A stretch of DNA of 63,808 nucleotides, filler included, from Thraustochytrium aureum (GCA_012862495.1; 6 parts of 3 records of this genome joined end to end with filler, not necessarily neighbours in it), one strand, 5' to 3'. Shown: positions 1-11,724, numbered from the whole stretch's first letter. Notes: a model not told the origin generated them from the sequence alone. Translations and numbers: made by a program.

Positions 1-393
1 GCTGGAGAGGATCCGTCGTGGCGGACTCGCCTGTCGGTGCCCAGACTCGCTGGTGAGGGCCCAGCCGAACGGAGAAAGGAGCAGCGAGCGCGCACGCGCA
101 GAGCGGCTGAGACATCTTGCTGGCGCGTTCAGTTGCGGAGGCGCTGTTGAGTCGACATGGACCCGAGCGCTTGCCAATCCTCCGACGCCCTGCAGGGGAG
201 CTGGCAAGCCGCTCCTCGGCGCTCTTCGCGCACCACCGAGAGCTGCGTAGAGTACTGCATAGTCGTACGGCACGAGTGCTTTTCCAGTGTCCTACGCAGG
301 ATCGCAAAACTCCCCGTCGAGGCTTGCTTGCTGGTGAACGGGCGGTAGGCCAACCGTTTTGACCGCTCTTTTTGGTCATTGCGACGCTGAATT

Positions 394-436
394 TCCTTGC
401 CTCGAAGCCTCCTTGCCTCGAAGCCTCCTTGCCTCG
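394..436. repeat. Short tandem repeat, 16-bp unit CCTCGAAGCCTCCTTG (~2.5 copies)
   Basis: Read directly: ttccttgcctcgaagcctccttgcctcgaagcctccttgcctcg. Confidence 0.85.
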
Positions 437-1511
437 CTGTCGCCTGGGGGAGAGGGGGGGGGACACCAAAGCAACGCGCAAGCACGGCCCAGCTCTCTAC
501 CCGGGTACTGTTGATTGGAGTCTTCAAGTGCTCAGCTCGGGGCGGTTCTTGTGGTCCTTGCGAGTTGAGCTAGTTTCCCTGGCGCATCGGGTTCGGTACA
601 ACCAGCTACGTATACAACGAAATGCCGGAAGAGTCCCAATAAAACGCCCTCTGCCCCAACGCGAAGATGCAGTGGGCCAAGGGCAGACAATTTGCCATGC
701 CAAACTGGGCTCGCTCGTCAAACTGCTGAACGCGCCGATCTCCTCGTGCGCAGCAAGCAGAAATGGGCAACGAGAGCGAGCACTGCCACAACAAACGCAA
801 CAACCCACCCCTTCTCCAGCGACGGCGGCTTTCTTCAATGAAACAGTTGGAGCCCCGTCTCTGTCAGCCAACTAACCAACCTTGCAAAGAACGGCCGCTT
901 CTATCCCAGCCTCGATGTGTGGCCGTGCCTGCGTATACGTGCATTGAGCGTTGCTGGCGGCAGCGACGAATGCTTTGACGTAGCGTCGGGCAACCTAGCC
1001 ATCCAGCCTCGTTGGGCCTCCCAATGATTATGGCCACCTCCAAGCCGTGTTCACCAGCAGCTGCTCAACCACCACAGTGCTCGACGTGCAAGCGAGCACG
1101 ACAGCAAGAGAGAGAAACAGAGAGGGAGGGGGGAAAGATAACGTAAAAAAGGCAGGCCAACAACCCTGACGGAGGGAAGGAAGCCAGGACCTGTGCAAGG
1201 ACCGAATTCAATCTCGCAACGACGAACCCATCGCGCAATAACTCGGCCCCTGGCACGCACCGAGCCAAGCCGGCTACGCAAACCCGCAATCGCAAACCGC
1301 GACGGAAGCCGGTGCAGGACCGCCTCCTCCTTCAATACGCGTCGACAAAGCGAAAACGAGCATAACCGCAGACATCGGTGTCACAGATTTGGCGCGGCAA
1401 CAACTCTCGACACGCTGAGCTGGCTGCGGGCAGAGCGGAGCCAAGTAGCTCCGCGGGTGTGAGAAACCCGCGAGCCGTGTTTCGTCACCAAAAACTCGAC
1501 CGCAACGAACG

Positions 1512-2156
1512 ATGGGCAACTGTGTCGCGGTACCGATTTCCCACGCGCACCCCAGAAAGGGACCTGCGCCGCACCGTATGGCCTCACCCAGCTCAAAGAG
1601 CACATCCAGCACGCAAGAGACGCCCAGCTGCAAGCAGCGCAAGCGGTCCATCATGTTCAAGGCGCGCGGAAGCGACAACACCATGTCAAGCAGGAGCTCC
1701 GTGTCCGACCGTTCTCTCCCTCGCGCAGCCCCCTCAGCTCTTCTCCGGTTCGTAGACGCCTACGAAAGCGACAGCGACGCAGAAGAGCACATGATTCTGG
1801 ACGCCCCGGTCGCGGACGAGCGCGACCTGACGGACAAGACGTTGAGCACCTCAAGCTCCTCCACGCGGACAACCGCCGGCGCTTCTGACTGCAGCGGGCG
1901 TAGCACGCCAGAGGACGATCCGTGCAGTCACTTTCGTGGCCGGCTCGAGTTGATGCGGCGCTTTTACTCTTGGAGGGAGATCCCCATGGACTTTTTCGTC
2001 GATTCGCACGTGACCGTAGAGTCTCACCCACCGCGCAAGTCTCGCAAGCACATCGCGCGCACGAGCTCCGTGCCGACCGGGGCGCAGCCGCTGCCGGCGT
2101 CCGAGCACGGCGCTGGAAGCACCATCTACCCGAACACGATCGCACAGCTGGCTTGA
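1512..2156 (+). CDS. Hypothetical Ser/acidic-rich protein, 214 aa, N-terminal MGNC motif
   Basis: ATG-initiated ORF with protein-like composition (YESDSDAEEH, RLELMRRFYSWREIPMDFFV); no family recognised. Confidence 0.55.
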   Translation: MGNCVAVPISHAHPRKGPAPHRMASPSSKSTSSTQETPSCKQRKRSIMFKARGSDNTMSSRSSVSDRSLPRAAPSALLRFVDAYESDSDAEEHMILDAPVADERDLTDKTLSTSSSSTRTTAGASDCSGRSTPEDDPCSHFRGRLELMRRFYSWREIPMDFFVDSHVTVESHPPRKSRKHIARTSSVPTGAQPLPASEHGAGSTIYPNTIAQLA

Positions 2157-2499
2157 GCGGGCTTTTTGCTGCGGCCTCGTCCGAAGTCGCACAGCTGGCT
2201 TGAGCAAGACTTTCGCTTCGACCGCGTCCGAAGCCAACTAACCTGTAGAATGCCTGAAACCTGACCTGCCGATAAAACCAAATGCAATTTCTCACTTGTT
2301 GGACGAGTACTTTTCCCCCACGCCGGAAAGGGAGCCTTGCGGGTTGCCCCGCGAGGCAACGGAGTTCTCGACGCCGCTTCACCAAATTTCTACAACACAC
2401 CCCAGCTCTGAGCCGACCAGACCGCGGAGCAATCAAGCCTCGGCCCCAACATAGAGACGCAGGCAACCAACCCGCTCCAGACGCGCCCCAGCGCGAGCC

Positions 2500-3390
2500 T
2501 CAGACGCGGTCGAGCGCCATCTCGCTGTGGCAAGCGTTTGCACCGCTCTCGGGCGGCTCTCGGCGCGCAACGCCAGCCGAGGCTACACGGGAGGTCGCTG
2601 CAGCAGCAGCAGGGGCGCCATACGACTCTGGGCGGCGGTCTGGGTGTTCGTCGAGGCAGACAATCTTGGGCAGCGAAGCGCCCCGAAGCTTGCTCCTGAT
2701 AAACTTGAGAACAAAGTGCAGGAAGGACAGAATGGCGTGCGCCCCGTTCCATTCGAAGAAGAAGAGCAGGGCAAAGCCCAGCGCGATTCGGAAGGGCTGC
2801 GGAACGGTGAGCGCGATAAAGAACAAAGCCCCGGAGAAAGCTCCCGCGTAAATCATGCAGCCGTAAGGACTCAAAAAGCCGTGCTCCTGGATCCAAACCC
2901 TCGCGCGCGGATGCATGACCAGAAAGCCCACGCTGGCGACGACATAGTCGTGTATGCGAACGGGGCGCTCGCCGAGGAAGAAAAACCCGAGCAGGGCCAC
3001 AGCGAACAGCAAGACGAACGAGAAAACGTCGTATGCCGACAGCAGCGCCGGCAGCCACTTGCTCATGCGCTCTTCCATGATATACTCGAACCCGCACGTC
3101 CCGCACTTGGTGGCTGCTTCGATCGAGGTCGACTTTTGCCGCCACTGGTCGATGCACCCGCGGTGCACGTACTTGGCCGACCCGCGGCAGTTGCACGGCG
3201 CAATAAGGGAGGCCGCGGGCTCGTCTTCGAGGCATATCCGGCACACCTTTTCGTCCGCCTCAGCGTCGAGGCCAACGCTGCTCGCCCGCGCGGCCGGCTG
3301 CGCGTCGGGCAGCGCGCTCGGGTCGGCGGCACTGGCCTCGTCTTGCTCGAGGGACTTGAACCAGTTGCCAAAGTAGTCTGACAAGCTCAT
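2500..3390 (-). CDS. MARCH-type RING-CH (RINGv) membrane E3 ubiquitin ligase
   Basis: C4HC3 motif CRIC...PCNCRGSAKYVHRGCIDQW...CGTC followed by several hydrophobic TM-like segments; the ATG abuts a gap so the 5' end may be incomplete. Confidence 0.9.
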   Translation of the reverse strand: MSLSDYFGNWFKSLEQDEASAADPSALPDAQPAARASSVGLDAEADEKVCRICLEDEPAASLIAPCNCRGSAKYVHRGCIDQWRQKSTSIEAATKCGTCGFEYIMEERMSKWLPALLSAYDVFSFVLLFAVALLGFFFLGERPVRIHDYVVASVGFLVMHPRARVWIQEHGFLSPYGCMIYAGAFSGALFFIALTVPQPFRIALGFALLFFFEWNGAHAILSFLHFVLKFIRSKLRGASLPKIVCLDEHPDRRPESYGAPAAAAATSRVASAGVARREPPESGANACHSEMALDRV

Positions 3391-3871
3391 GNNNNNNNNN
3401 NNNNNNNNNNNNNNNNNNNNNNNNNNNNNNNNNNNNNNNNNNNNNNNNNNNNNNNNNNNNNNNNNNNNNNNNNNNNNNNNNNNNNNNNNNNNNNNNNNNN
3501 NNNNNNNNNNNNNNNNNNNNNNNNNNNNNNNNNNNNNNNNNNNNNNNNNNNNNNNNNNNNNNNNNNNNNNNNNNNNNNNNNNNNNNNNNNNNNNNNNNNN
3601 NNNNNNNNNNNNNNNNNNNNNNNNNNNNNNNNNNNNNNNNNNNNNNNNNNNNNNNNNNNNNNNNNNNNNNNNNNNNNNNNNNNNNNNNNNNNNNNNNNNN
3701 NNNNNNNNNNNNNNNNNNNNNNNNNNNNNNNNNNNNNNNNNNNNNNNNNNNNNNNNNNNNNNNNNNNNAAGCCCGCCGCCACCAGGCCGAGCCTACGCGA
3801 CCAGGCCTGGCAGACCGTACGAGGGCCGCCAAGCTGACAGGTAGGTAGGCAGGTAGGAGGTACCTACTCAC

Positions 3872-3933
3872 CTGCCCGCCTGCCCGCCTGCCCGCCCGCC
3901 TGCCCGCCTGCCTGCCCGCCTGCCTGCCTGCCC
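3872..3933. repeat. (CCTG/CCCG)n tetranucleotide microsatellite
   Basis: Direct reading of cctgcccgcctgcccgcc... Confidence 0.85.
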
Positions 3934-4537
3934 AGGCACACGCACGTGCGCTCAGTGTCGCGGGGAGGCGGCCGTCGCGCCCGCGCGCTGCACGATGACC
4001 AACGCGCGCTGCCTGCTGCGAGCCTGCACACTGCTGCTGTTCATTCGTGGAGAACGCGCAAGAGGATACATCGGCGGCGCCGTGGCACAGGCGCGGGGAC
4101 GGACGGCACGAGGATACACCGAGGCGCAGATGGCCGGTGAGGGCTTAGGTTTTCGCATCGCATCCCAGCGGCCTCCTTCGATGCGTCCGCCACGGGCCAG
4201 CGCGGCCCGCCTCGGCGTGCGTGCAGGGGTGCAAGGCTGCGCTGGTTTCGGTTTCGGCTTTGAATGGATGGATGGATGGTTGGATGGATGGTTGGTTTGT
4301 GGAGCGGAGTTGGGCAATGGTCGCTGTATTTCGCAGTTTTCGAGGGGCGTTCAGTGCCGCTGGAGCCGGATGAGGCCCACGCCCCTCTCCCACGGCCAAG
4401 TTCTTGCGGATTGGGATGTCTGACTATTGGCTAGGAGGACCAGCGGGGTCTCGGTGCGCCCAGCAGTCCCACCCGGCCAAGGAAGGATTGAAAAGCGCGC
4501 GCAGCGATAGCGAGAAACAACGACGACCACGCCCAAT

Positions 4538-5009
4538 ATGGAGCCCTGCAGCGACACGAAGGAGAACGAGCCAGCGCAGTCGAATGCGCTCAGGCCCAAA
4601 TGCTCTGTACCGAGCAAGGGGCCTCTGCAACCCAAGACGTCCCTGGCCACGTCCTCGCTTTCGACAAAGTGCCGAGTCCCGGTCGACCCCGAACCCATCC
4701 AATGCCGGCGGGCGTGCCTAGCGACAACTTCGCGCGCGGCGACGCCACGCTTGGGCCGCACGGGCGGGCCTGCAGGCGCCATCGGCCGCAAATCGCGCCG
4801 CTTCCAGAACGTCTCGTCGCCGGTGGGCAACTACATTCGCGGTATCTCGCCTTCCGTAAGCTCGCCGCACAAGTCCGGGCCCAGGGGCACTCGGCCGGGG
4901 CCGTCCCCGCTGTGCTCGCCCGCCGTGCTCAGCCACAAGTCCGTCGCAGCCGCAGCCCGTTCCAAGCATCCGACGCCGACGGGCCGATCTCGCGCTCGAG
5001 TGGGGTCAG
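4538..5009 (+). CDS. Hypothetical low-complexity protein, 5' part (truncated by scaffold end), with KEN-box-like motif
   Basis: ORF MEPCSDTKENEPAQ...RRFQNVSSPVGNYIRG open up to the linker; many SP/TP sites; no family recognised. Confidence 0.45.
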
Positions 5010-5109
5010 NNNNNNNNNNNNNNNNNNNNNNNNNNNNNNNNNNNNNNNNNNNNTTAATTAATTAANNNNNNNNNNNNNNNNNNNNNNNNNNNNNNNNNNN
5101 NNNNNNNNN
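5010..5109. other. Artificial scaffold-joining linker N44-TTAATTAATTAA-N44
   Basis: Identical 100-nt spacer with stops in all six frames occurs five times in the window. Confidence 0.97.
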
Positions 5110-6316
5110 CGTTTTCTGAAGAGAATAGAAGCCGCTGGAGCACCACCTAGCTCGCTCTGTTGACTAGCCTCTTGCCCAGTCTGGCCCGCCGAGCCGCCGC
5201 CGCCGTCCTGGCCGAGATTCAAAGCCGTTTGCTGCCTTGCGCTTGCCTCGCCGAGATCGAACCCCTTGTACGTTCCGCCAAACGGGTTGAAGGTCGCGTA
5301 TGCGTCGGCGCGCTCATCTTGCGTCGAGTCCACCGCATTGCTGTGCGTCACTTTGCCTTGGCTCGCCTGCGCTGGCTTCATTGCCACATGTCGCGGCGCT
5401 GCCACCGCGGCAGACCGCGCTGCGGCTGCAGTGCTGCTATCCACCCCGGGCTCCGTCTTGACCGCGGACACCGTCGTCGCAGCTTGCGTGCCGTCATCAG
5501 CCGCTCTTTCTATAAAGCGGACGGCGACGGTCGTCCAGCCGCCAGCGCAAGTCGCATCCTCCTTCTTGAGCACACTACTTGGGTCCCATCCATGCACGAG
5601 GGGCGGCCGAGGCGCAATTAGGCGGATGTCTCGGCTTGTCGCTTTGACTGGCGCCAGCACGCTCTGGCCAGGAGGCCCATCAACTTGGACAGCAAACTCC
5701 CGAGAGATCCAGCCTGTTCGAGGGTCGCGAGACGCGTGCACAGACGCGATCAAGCCTGGCTTCCAGTCCTCGTCGTCGGCGTCCGTGAGTTCTCCTTGGT
5801 CGTCGAAACCTTCCGCTGGCGTGGCCTCGGCGACCACGACAACTTCGCAACGGCGCCCAGGCACGAGCAGGTCCTCGTGCAGGTTCCCCTCGAGGTAGAG
5901 CGTTCCGTCAATCTCGTACTGGCCGAGCACCTGGTCGGGCGCGATGTTGAACGCCTCGCCTTCGTCTGACTCGTCCACGCCTTGTGAGCCCCCGTTGGTG
6001 CTGTCCTCGTGAAGCAAAGTAAGAGGCCCATGGCCGGGGCCAGCACCGGCGGAGGAAACTGCAGTGCGCGGCGGCGCCATGCCTGTCGCCGCGAATGCAG
6101 CTTGCTCGGCTTTGGCCAGCTCGCGTTGGACAAAGGCCTGCTCCTTCGCATCGGCTTGCTTCGCTTTGCTCGCGTCCAACTCCTTGCGGCGCACATTGTT
6201 CTTGTGCCGGTTTCCGGTCTCGTGGATGCGGACGCTCGCTTTACGCCCTGCGTCCACGTGTTGCAGACCGCACAGTAGTGCCTCGCGTCACGCCGCTGCG
6301 GCCGCCTCGAGCTCAT
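5110..6316 (-). CDS. WBP4/FBP21-like U1-type zinc-finger protein (apparent 1-nt frameshift near 6245; 3' end truncated)
   Basis: MSSRRPQRRDARHYCAVCNTW in one frame continues as KASVRIHETGNRHKNNV in another, together a matrin/U1 zinc finger (C-x2-C...H-x5-H); last visible residues ILFRK resemble the basic tail of this family. Confidence 0.75.
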
Positions 6317-7094
6317 GGCGCTGGCCGAGCCAGGAACCCGGCCACGCGTCCCGCGTGCCCTGCGGCGCTCGAGAGCGCTGCTGCCAGCTGGCCCAACGCA
6401 CGCCGGCCGGCCGCCAGGCGAGCCCAGGCGGGCTGACGAGCCACTGGCCAAGTCCGCGTCGAGGGCGAGCAGGATCGCGCTTCGCGCGGGCCGGCGACCG
6501 CCCCGAATGNNNNNNNNNNNNNNNNNNNNNNNNNNNNNNNNNNNNNNNNNNNNNNNNNNNNNNNNNNNNNNNNNNNNNNNNNNNNNNNNNNNNNNNNNNN
6601 NNNNNNNNNNNNNNNNNNNNNNNNNNNNNNNNNNNNNNNNNNNNNNNNNNNNNNNNNNNNNNNNNNNNNNNNNNNNNNNNNNNNNNNNNNNNNNNNNNNN
6701 NNNNNNNNNNNNNNNNNNNNNNNNNNNNNNNNNNNNNNNNNNNNNNNNNNNNNNNNNNNNNNNNNNNNNNNNNNNNNNNNNNNNNNNNNNNNNNNNNNNN
6801 NNNNNNNNNNNNNNNNNNNNNNNNNNNNNNNNNNNNNNNNNNNNNNNNNNNNNNNNNNNNNNNNNNNNNNNNNNNNNNNNNNNNNNNNNNNNNNNNNNNN
6901 NNNNNNNNNNNNNNNNNNNNNNNNNNNNNNNNNNNNNNNNNNNNNNNNNNNNNNNNNNNNNNNNNNNNNNNNNNNNNNNNNNNNNNNNNNNNNNNNNNNN
7001 NNNNNNNNNNNNNNNNNNNNNNNNNNNNNNNNNNNNNNNNNNNNNNNNNNNNNNNNNNNNNNNNNNNNNNNNNNNNNNNNNNNNNNNNNNNNNN

Positions 7095-8117
7095 ACTGCC
7101 ATCTCCCTGGTCGTCGTTGAAGAGCTTCTCCAGGTCCTTGCGGTTGCGCTGCTGAGCCTTTTCCTTCTCCTTGAGAGCGAGCTTCTTCTCGCGCTTCTCC
7201 GCCCGGATGGCGTCCTCGGCAGCAATCCGCGCCAGAACCTTGCCACGCTTGAAGAAGCAGACGTAGTAGCGGAAGAAGCCCATTTTGTGGCGCACCTGCC
7301 GCTGCTGGTTTCGGTGTTGCCGTTGCAGCTCTTTCATCTTGAGTCGCTCCTCTGTGGCATTGGTCTCGTCTCGTGTGGCCTGGAGGACTTCCTTTCGCTT
7401 CTTCCACCAGTCTTTGCCAAGGGTGTTGGCCATCATGTTTTCCTGCATTCGGAAAGCCGGGAAAAGCAGCATAGGGTGCTTGACGTTGAGCTGCTGAAAC
7501 TCGTCGAACGAGATCTTGCCGTCGCCGTTGCTGTCGAACGAGGCTAGAGCTTGCCTGCAGTTGGAGGTCGGGTTGTTTCCATGGAGCATTTCGACGAGCG
7601 CGTGCAGCTCGTCCGAGTCGATGTACCCGTTCTTGTCTTTGTCGAAGACGAAGAAGCAAAACTTGAGTATGTCAAGCCGCCCGAAGAGGCAGTATGTGCC
7701 TATTGTTTGAACGAACTCGGAGAAGTCGAGCGAGCCGGAGCAGTCGATGTCTGCGCGTGCGCCTTGTTAGCGCGAAGACGGCCCGGCGTGCTTGGGGTTG
7801 CAATGCGCGTGGTCCACTTACCGACAAGCTCAAACAAGCTGTCTCCAAACACGGTGCGTTCCTCCTCGATCAGGCGGTAAAACTCTTGGACGTCGATGGT
7901 GCCGCCATGGTCCTTGTCATATTTCTGCATGGCCGCACGCGCAGGGGCACGTCAGCTTGTGCGCGTAGATGCACGCTGCCCTGCGGGACTCGGCTGGCTC
8001 TTGGTTCGCACTTACCTGAAAGATCTTCCACATCGAGCCGAGCTCCTTCTTGGTCAGCTTGAGCATGTCGATCATGCGCTGCAGGCGATCATCGGGAACG
8101 GGCACCTTGTTCCCCAT
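7095..8117 (-). CDS. Calcineurin-B-like four-EF-hand protein with C-terminal charged coiled coil; exons 8117-8016, 7924-7822, 7750-<7095
   Basis: Two GTAAGT...CAG introns (91 and 71 nt) join MGNKVP..., DKDHGGTIDVQEF, DIDCSGSLDFSEF, DKDKNGYIDSDEL and DSNGDGKISFDEF in frame; 3' end runs into a gap. Confidence 0.9.
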
Positions 8118-8742
8118 CTCGCCGACAAGCGCCTGAGCGCCCGCAACCCCTTGTTGCCCTCACCGCCAGCCGTCGTTGCGATCGCGGCGCTCGCCGGGCG
8201 CTTCCCGCTCGCCTCCAGCAGTCCTCGACCTGGCCCGTCTTGCGCCGCGCAGCAGGCCTCGCCGCTCTTGGGGCAGAAAGCCGCAAGGGCAAGAGGCGCA
8301 CGCTCGGACGCTCGCGCGCGCGCGCACGGTCTTCTCGCGGCCACAGCGCGCTCAAACGCGCCGCGCTTTGCCGGAGGCGAACATCGCACATCCATGCCCT
8401 TGAAACAGGCAAAACGGCATCCTCGCACGACGAGAAATCGATCCGTTGGATGGCGGTGTGCTGGCGGGTCGACCTTCGTCCGCTCCGCAACGGTCATCTG
8501 TTCTGCATGGATCACGATCATCCAATGGCTTCGGGTTGGCAGAGGCAGTCACCGAACGCGACAGGCCGAAAAGCACCGGAGGCTTGCTGCCAGGGCTGCT
8601 GTTTTTGTACAGGCGCACCGTGTGATACTGTTGCTGGCGCTGCCTTTCTCTCGCGATACGGTTGCTGCCTTCGCGATAGGCCAACTGCCTCTGCAGTCGT
8701 CGCGATATACGGTTGCCGGCGCTGCGTTCTGGTCCTGCTCCT

Positions 8743-8850
8743 GCGCGCACTCGTTGTCGGTCAAAGCGCTTTCGCTCGGCGCGCACTCGTTGTCGGTCAA
8801 AGCGCTTTCGCTCGGCGCGCACTCGTTGTCGGTCAAAGCGCTTTCGCTCG
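8743..8850. repeat. Perfect 36-bp tandem repeat x3
   Basis: GCGCGCACTCGTTGTCGGTCAAAGCGCTTTCGCTCG at 8743, 8779 and 8815. Confidence 0.95.
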
Positions 8851-8875
8851 GCAGCCTGCGACAGGGGCGAATACT

Positions 8876-10564
8876 ATGGATGCCTCGGGCTGGACCAACG
8901 CTGACGTGCTTGCCCTAAAGCGCGCAGCACAGAAGCACCCAAGGTCCCTGGAAAAGAACGAGCGCTGGAAAAGGATCAGCAATGAGCTTGGAAGGGGCAA
9001 ACGCGAGTGCTACGACAAGTACAAGACGCTCAAGGATGCCCAGGCAACGAAAAAGGAGGCCCGTATTGCCGGGCCGGTCGACAATGCCGGGCGTGCCGGT
9101 AGGCATTTGGAAGACGCTCGGCTTTCTCCTGCGGTTGAGGCCAAGCTAGACGCGGACAACGACGAGCAGAGAGTGCGAGTCGCCGAGACCAGCCGGACGC
9201 TCTCATTCAAGGAGCAATGGCAAGCAGACCGAGGAAAGGCCACAATGCCCAGAGCACCAATGCCAAGCGAGGCAAAACTGACTTCCCCAGGCTTGCAAAT
9301 GGAGGAAGTAGAAGACTTTGACGGCTTCGAGGCCGAGGCAGACCATGGCAGCTTTGGTGGGAGCTTTGCTGGTAGGGCTTCAAGCCGGCGCTCTGATCTG
9401 CGCGGCTCGGAAGAGGAGGGCGAGGTCGAGTCTGACGAGGACAACAAGAGCGAAAGCAGCGATACTGGACCCCCGAGAAGCATCTCACTGGAGGAAGTTC
9501 GAGAGCTGACAGATCTGCTCTTTGGGTCTCGGAAGCCGGCGGTGCTTGACGCGTCCTGGCGCAATCAAGGCTTTGCGTTTTGCAAGGCGAAAGACCTGCG
9601 ATACGGGCTAGTGCAGCTCAAGGGCGGCCCTTGCGGCGTGATGGCTGCAGTGCAGGCCTTTGTGCTGGCCGAACTCTTGTTTGGCGAGCGCTGTCGAGCG
9701 GTTGACTGGCGCAATCCGACGGGCCAAGAACAGAGTGCAGCATTGGCTGAGGCCCTCTCTGGAATGATCTGGCGCGCGCGTGGTAAAACCGGCTCCCGGC
9801 GCCACGCTGGCCCAGCGGTAGTCTGCGCGTTCGACGTCTCTCGGCGCTCAGGGTCCTCACAGGTTCTGGGACAGATGATTGTCCACGAAACCGAATCGGA
9901 GGATGGGGTCCGGGCCCTCGTTCGGCAGCATCTCGGGCTTTTTGGCGCCAAAGCTGGCTCCGGCGTGGCGATGCTGCTATGTTCAGTGATTTTGACGCGT
10001 GGCGTGGCAGTCGTTCGCGGCGACTTTGACACGGCTCTGGGCGGCGAGGTTTCGTTGATCGGCAACCATAACTACGCGGCACAGGAGCTTGTCAACCTGT
10101 TGCTTGTCGGCTACGCGTGCTCGAATGTGTTTGATGGGTCGCGGTCGTTGGACGACCGCGAGACGAAAACGTCAGACACCACGACGCTCCGCGGAATCCG
10201 ATGCCGCAGCGCGGTTGGCTTTCTCACGCTGTATGAGCACTACGAGTACCTCAAGGTGGGCGACTGCTACAAGGTGCCGCGCTGGCCCGTGTTTGTGCTC
10301 TGTAGCGAGTCGCACTACTCTTGCCTCTTTGCTGACCAGGACGGCTGCATGGACCCAGCGCGCCTGGACCCCTTCGACATGTACTACTATGACGAGCTGG
10401 GCAACCAGGAGGAGGAGTACAGGCTTACCGTGGACCCAGCGCCCGCGGTGCCCGTGGCGCACGACACGTCAGAGTCGCGCCTGGTTTCGCCCATCGAGGA
10501 GTGCATTCGGACCAAGTGGGCCGGGGCAACGGTGGATTGGAATGGCGCAGACCCCCTGCTTTAG
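8876..10564 (+). CDS. MINDY-3/4 (FAM188)-family deubiquitinase with N-terminal SANT/Myb-like domain
   Basis: Catalytic motifs GLVQLKGGPCGVMAAVQA and CSESHYS, plus QELVNLLL, YYYDEL and C-terminal IRTKW...VDWNG; N-terminal WT...RWKRIS...GRGKREC; probable start ATG at 8876. Confidence 0.9.
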   Translation: MDASGWTNADVLALKRAAQKHPRSLEKNERWKRISNELGRGKRECYDKYKTLKDAQATKKEARIAGPVDNAGRAGRHLEDARLSPAVEAKLDADNDEQRVRVAETSRTLSFKEQWQADRGKATMPRAPMPSEAKLTSPGLQMEEVEDFDGFEAEADHGSFGGSFAGRASSRRSDLRGSEEEGEVESDEDNKSESSDTGPPRSISLEEVRELTDLLFGSRKPAVLDASWRNQGFAFCKAKDLRYGLVQLKGGPCGVMAAVQAFVLAELLFGERCRAVDWRNPTGQEQSAALAEALSGMIWRARGKTGSRRHAGPAVVCAFDVSRRSGSSQVLGQMIVHETESEDGVRALVRQHLGLFGAKAGSGVAMLLCSVILTRGVAVVRGDFDTALGGEVSLIGNHNYAAQELVNLLLVGYACSNVFDGSRSLDDRETKTSDTTTLRGIRCRSAVGFLTLYEHYEYLKVGDCYKVPRWPVFVLCSESHYSCLFADQDGCMDPARLDPFDMYYYDELGNQEEEYRLTVDPAPAVPVAHDTSESRLVSPIEECIRTKWAGATVDWNGADPLL

Positions 10565-11724
10565 CTCTCTCTCTAGTAGAGCTAGNNNNNNNNNNNNNNN
10601 NNNNNNNNNNNNNNNNNNNNNNNNNNNNNNNNNNNNNNNNNNNNNNNNNNNNNNNNNNNNNNNNNNNNNNNNNNNNNNNNNNNNNNNNNNNNNNNNNNNN
10701 NNNNNNNNNNNNNNNNNNNNNNNNNNNNNNNNNNNNNNNNNNNNNNNNNNNNNNNNNNNNNNNNNNNNNNNNNNNNNNNNNNNNNNNNNNNNNNNNNNNN
10801 NNNNNNNNNNNNNNNNNNNNNNNNNNNNNNNNNNNNNNNNNNNNNNNNNNNNNNNNNNNNNNNNNNNNNNNNNNNNNNNNNNNNNNNNNNNNNNNNNNNN
10901 NNNNNNNNNNNNNNNNNNNNNNNNNNNNNNNNNNNNNNNNNNNNNNNNNNNNNNNNNNNNNNNNNNNNNNNNNNNNNNNNNNNNNNNNNNNNNNNNNNNN
11001 NNNNNNNNNNNNNNNNNNNNNNNNNNNNNNNNNNNNNNNNNNNNNNNNNNNNNNNNNNNNNNNNNNNNNNNNNNNNNNNNNNNNNNNNNNNNNNNNNNNN
11101 NNNNNNNNNNNNNNNNNNNNNNNNNNNNNNNNNNNNNNNNNNNNNNNNNNNNNAGACTAGAGCTAGCTAGAGAGAGCAAGCGAGCAGGCCGGTGCTGCAG
11201 CTGGGCCAAAGAGGCGGGGCCTGGGTATTCGGCTCGTGCTGCAGCGCGTCCCGCGCTCAGCCATCGCCTAGCGCGCAGCAACTGTCAGCCTCTTGACGCC
11301 AAGGTTGGTTCAACGTTTGCACAGGTTGAGGAGACTTTCACGGTGACAGAGATTCTCAAAAGGTTATGTTTTTATGTTCTGGCTCGTTGCTGGAGGGGCC
11401 CCACCGCGCGATGCTTCAAGACTTTGCACGCGCGCGAACTCACTCTGCTGGCCGGCGCGGATGAGCTAGACCGAGTCCAATCGCCGAATTGCGTTCTTTT
11501 CTTTCTTCTCTTATCGCAAGACGCTCAACTAGAGCGTGATGCACAGGCCCTTGCTTGCCTGATCGCCAGGCCTCGATCGCTGGACCGGGTGGCGCCCGCC
11601 CGGCCGCTTCGCGGGACCTCAACGACACCACCTACGTTGGCAAACCAGCATCCCAGGCTATCCTGTTCCGCGACAAAATACACGACTGACGGGCGGAGAA
11701 ACGGCGAGCACGAGAGGCGTCCGG

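Noticed and set aside
8240..8875. Upstream Cys/Arg-rich extension of the MINDY ORF
   Set aside because: Starts at a non-ATG codon, crosses the tandem repeat and the divergent promoter region; ATG 8876 sits right before the SANT domain
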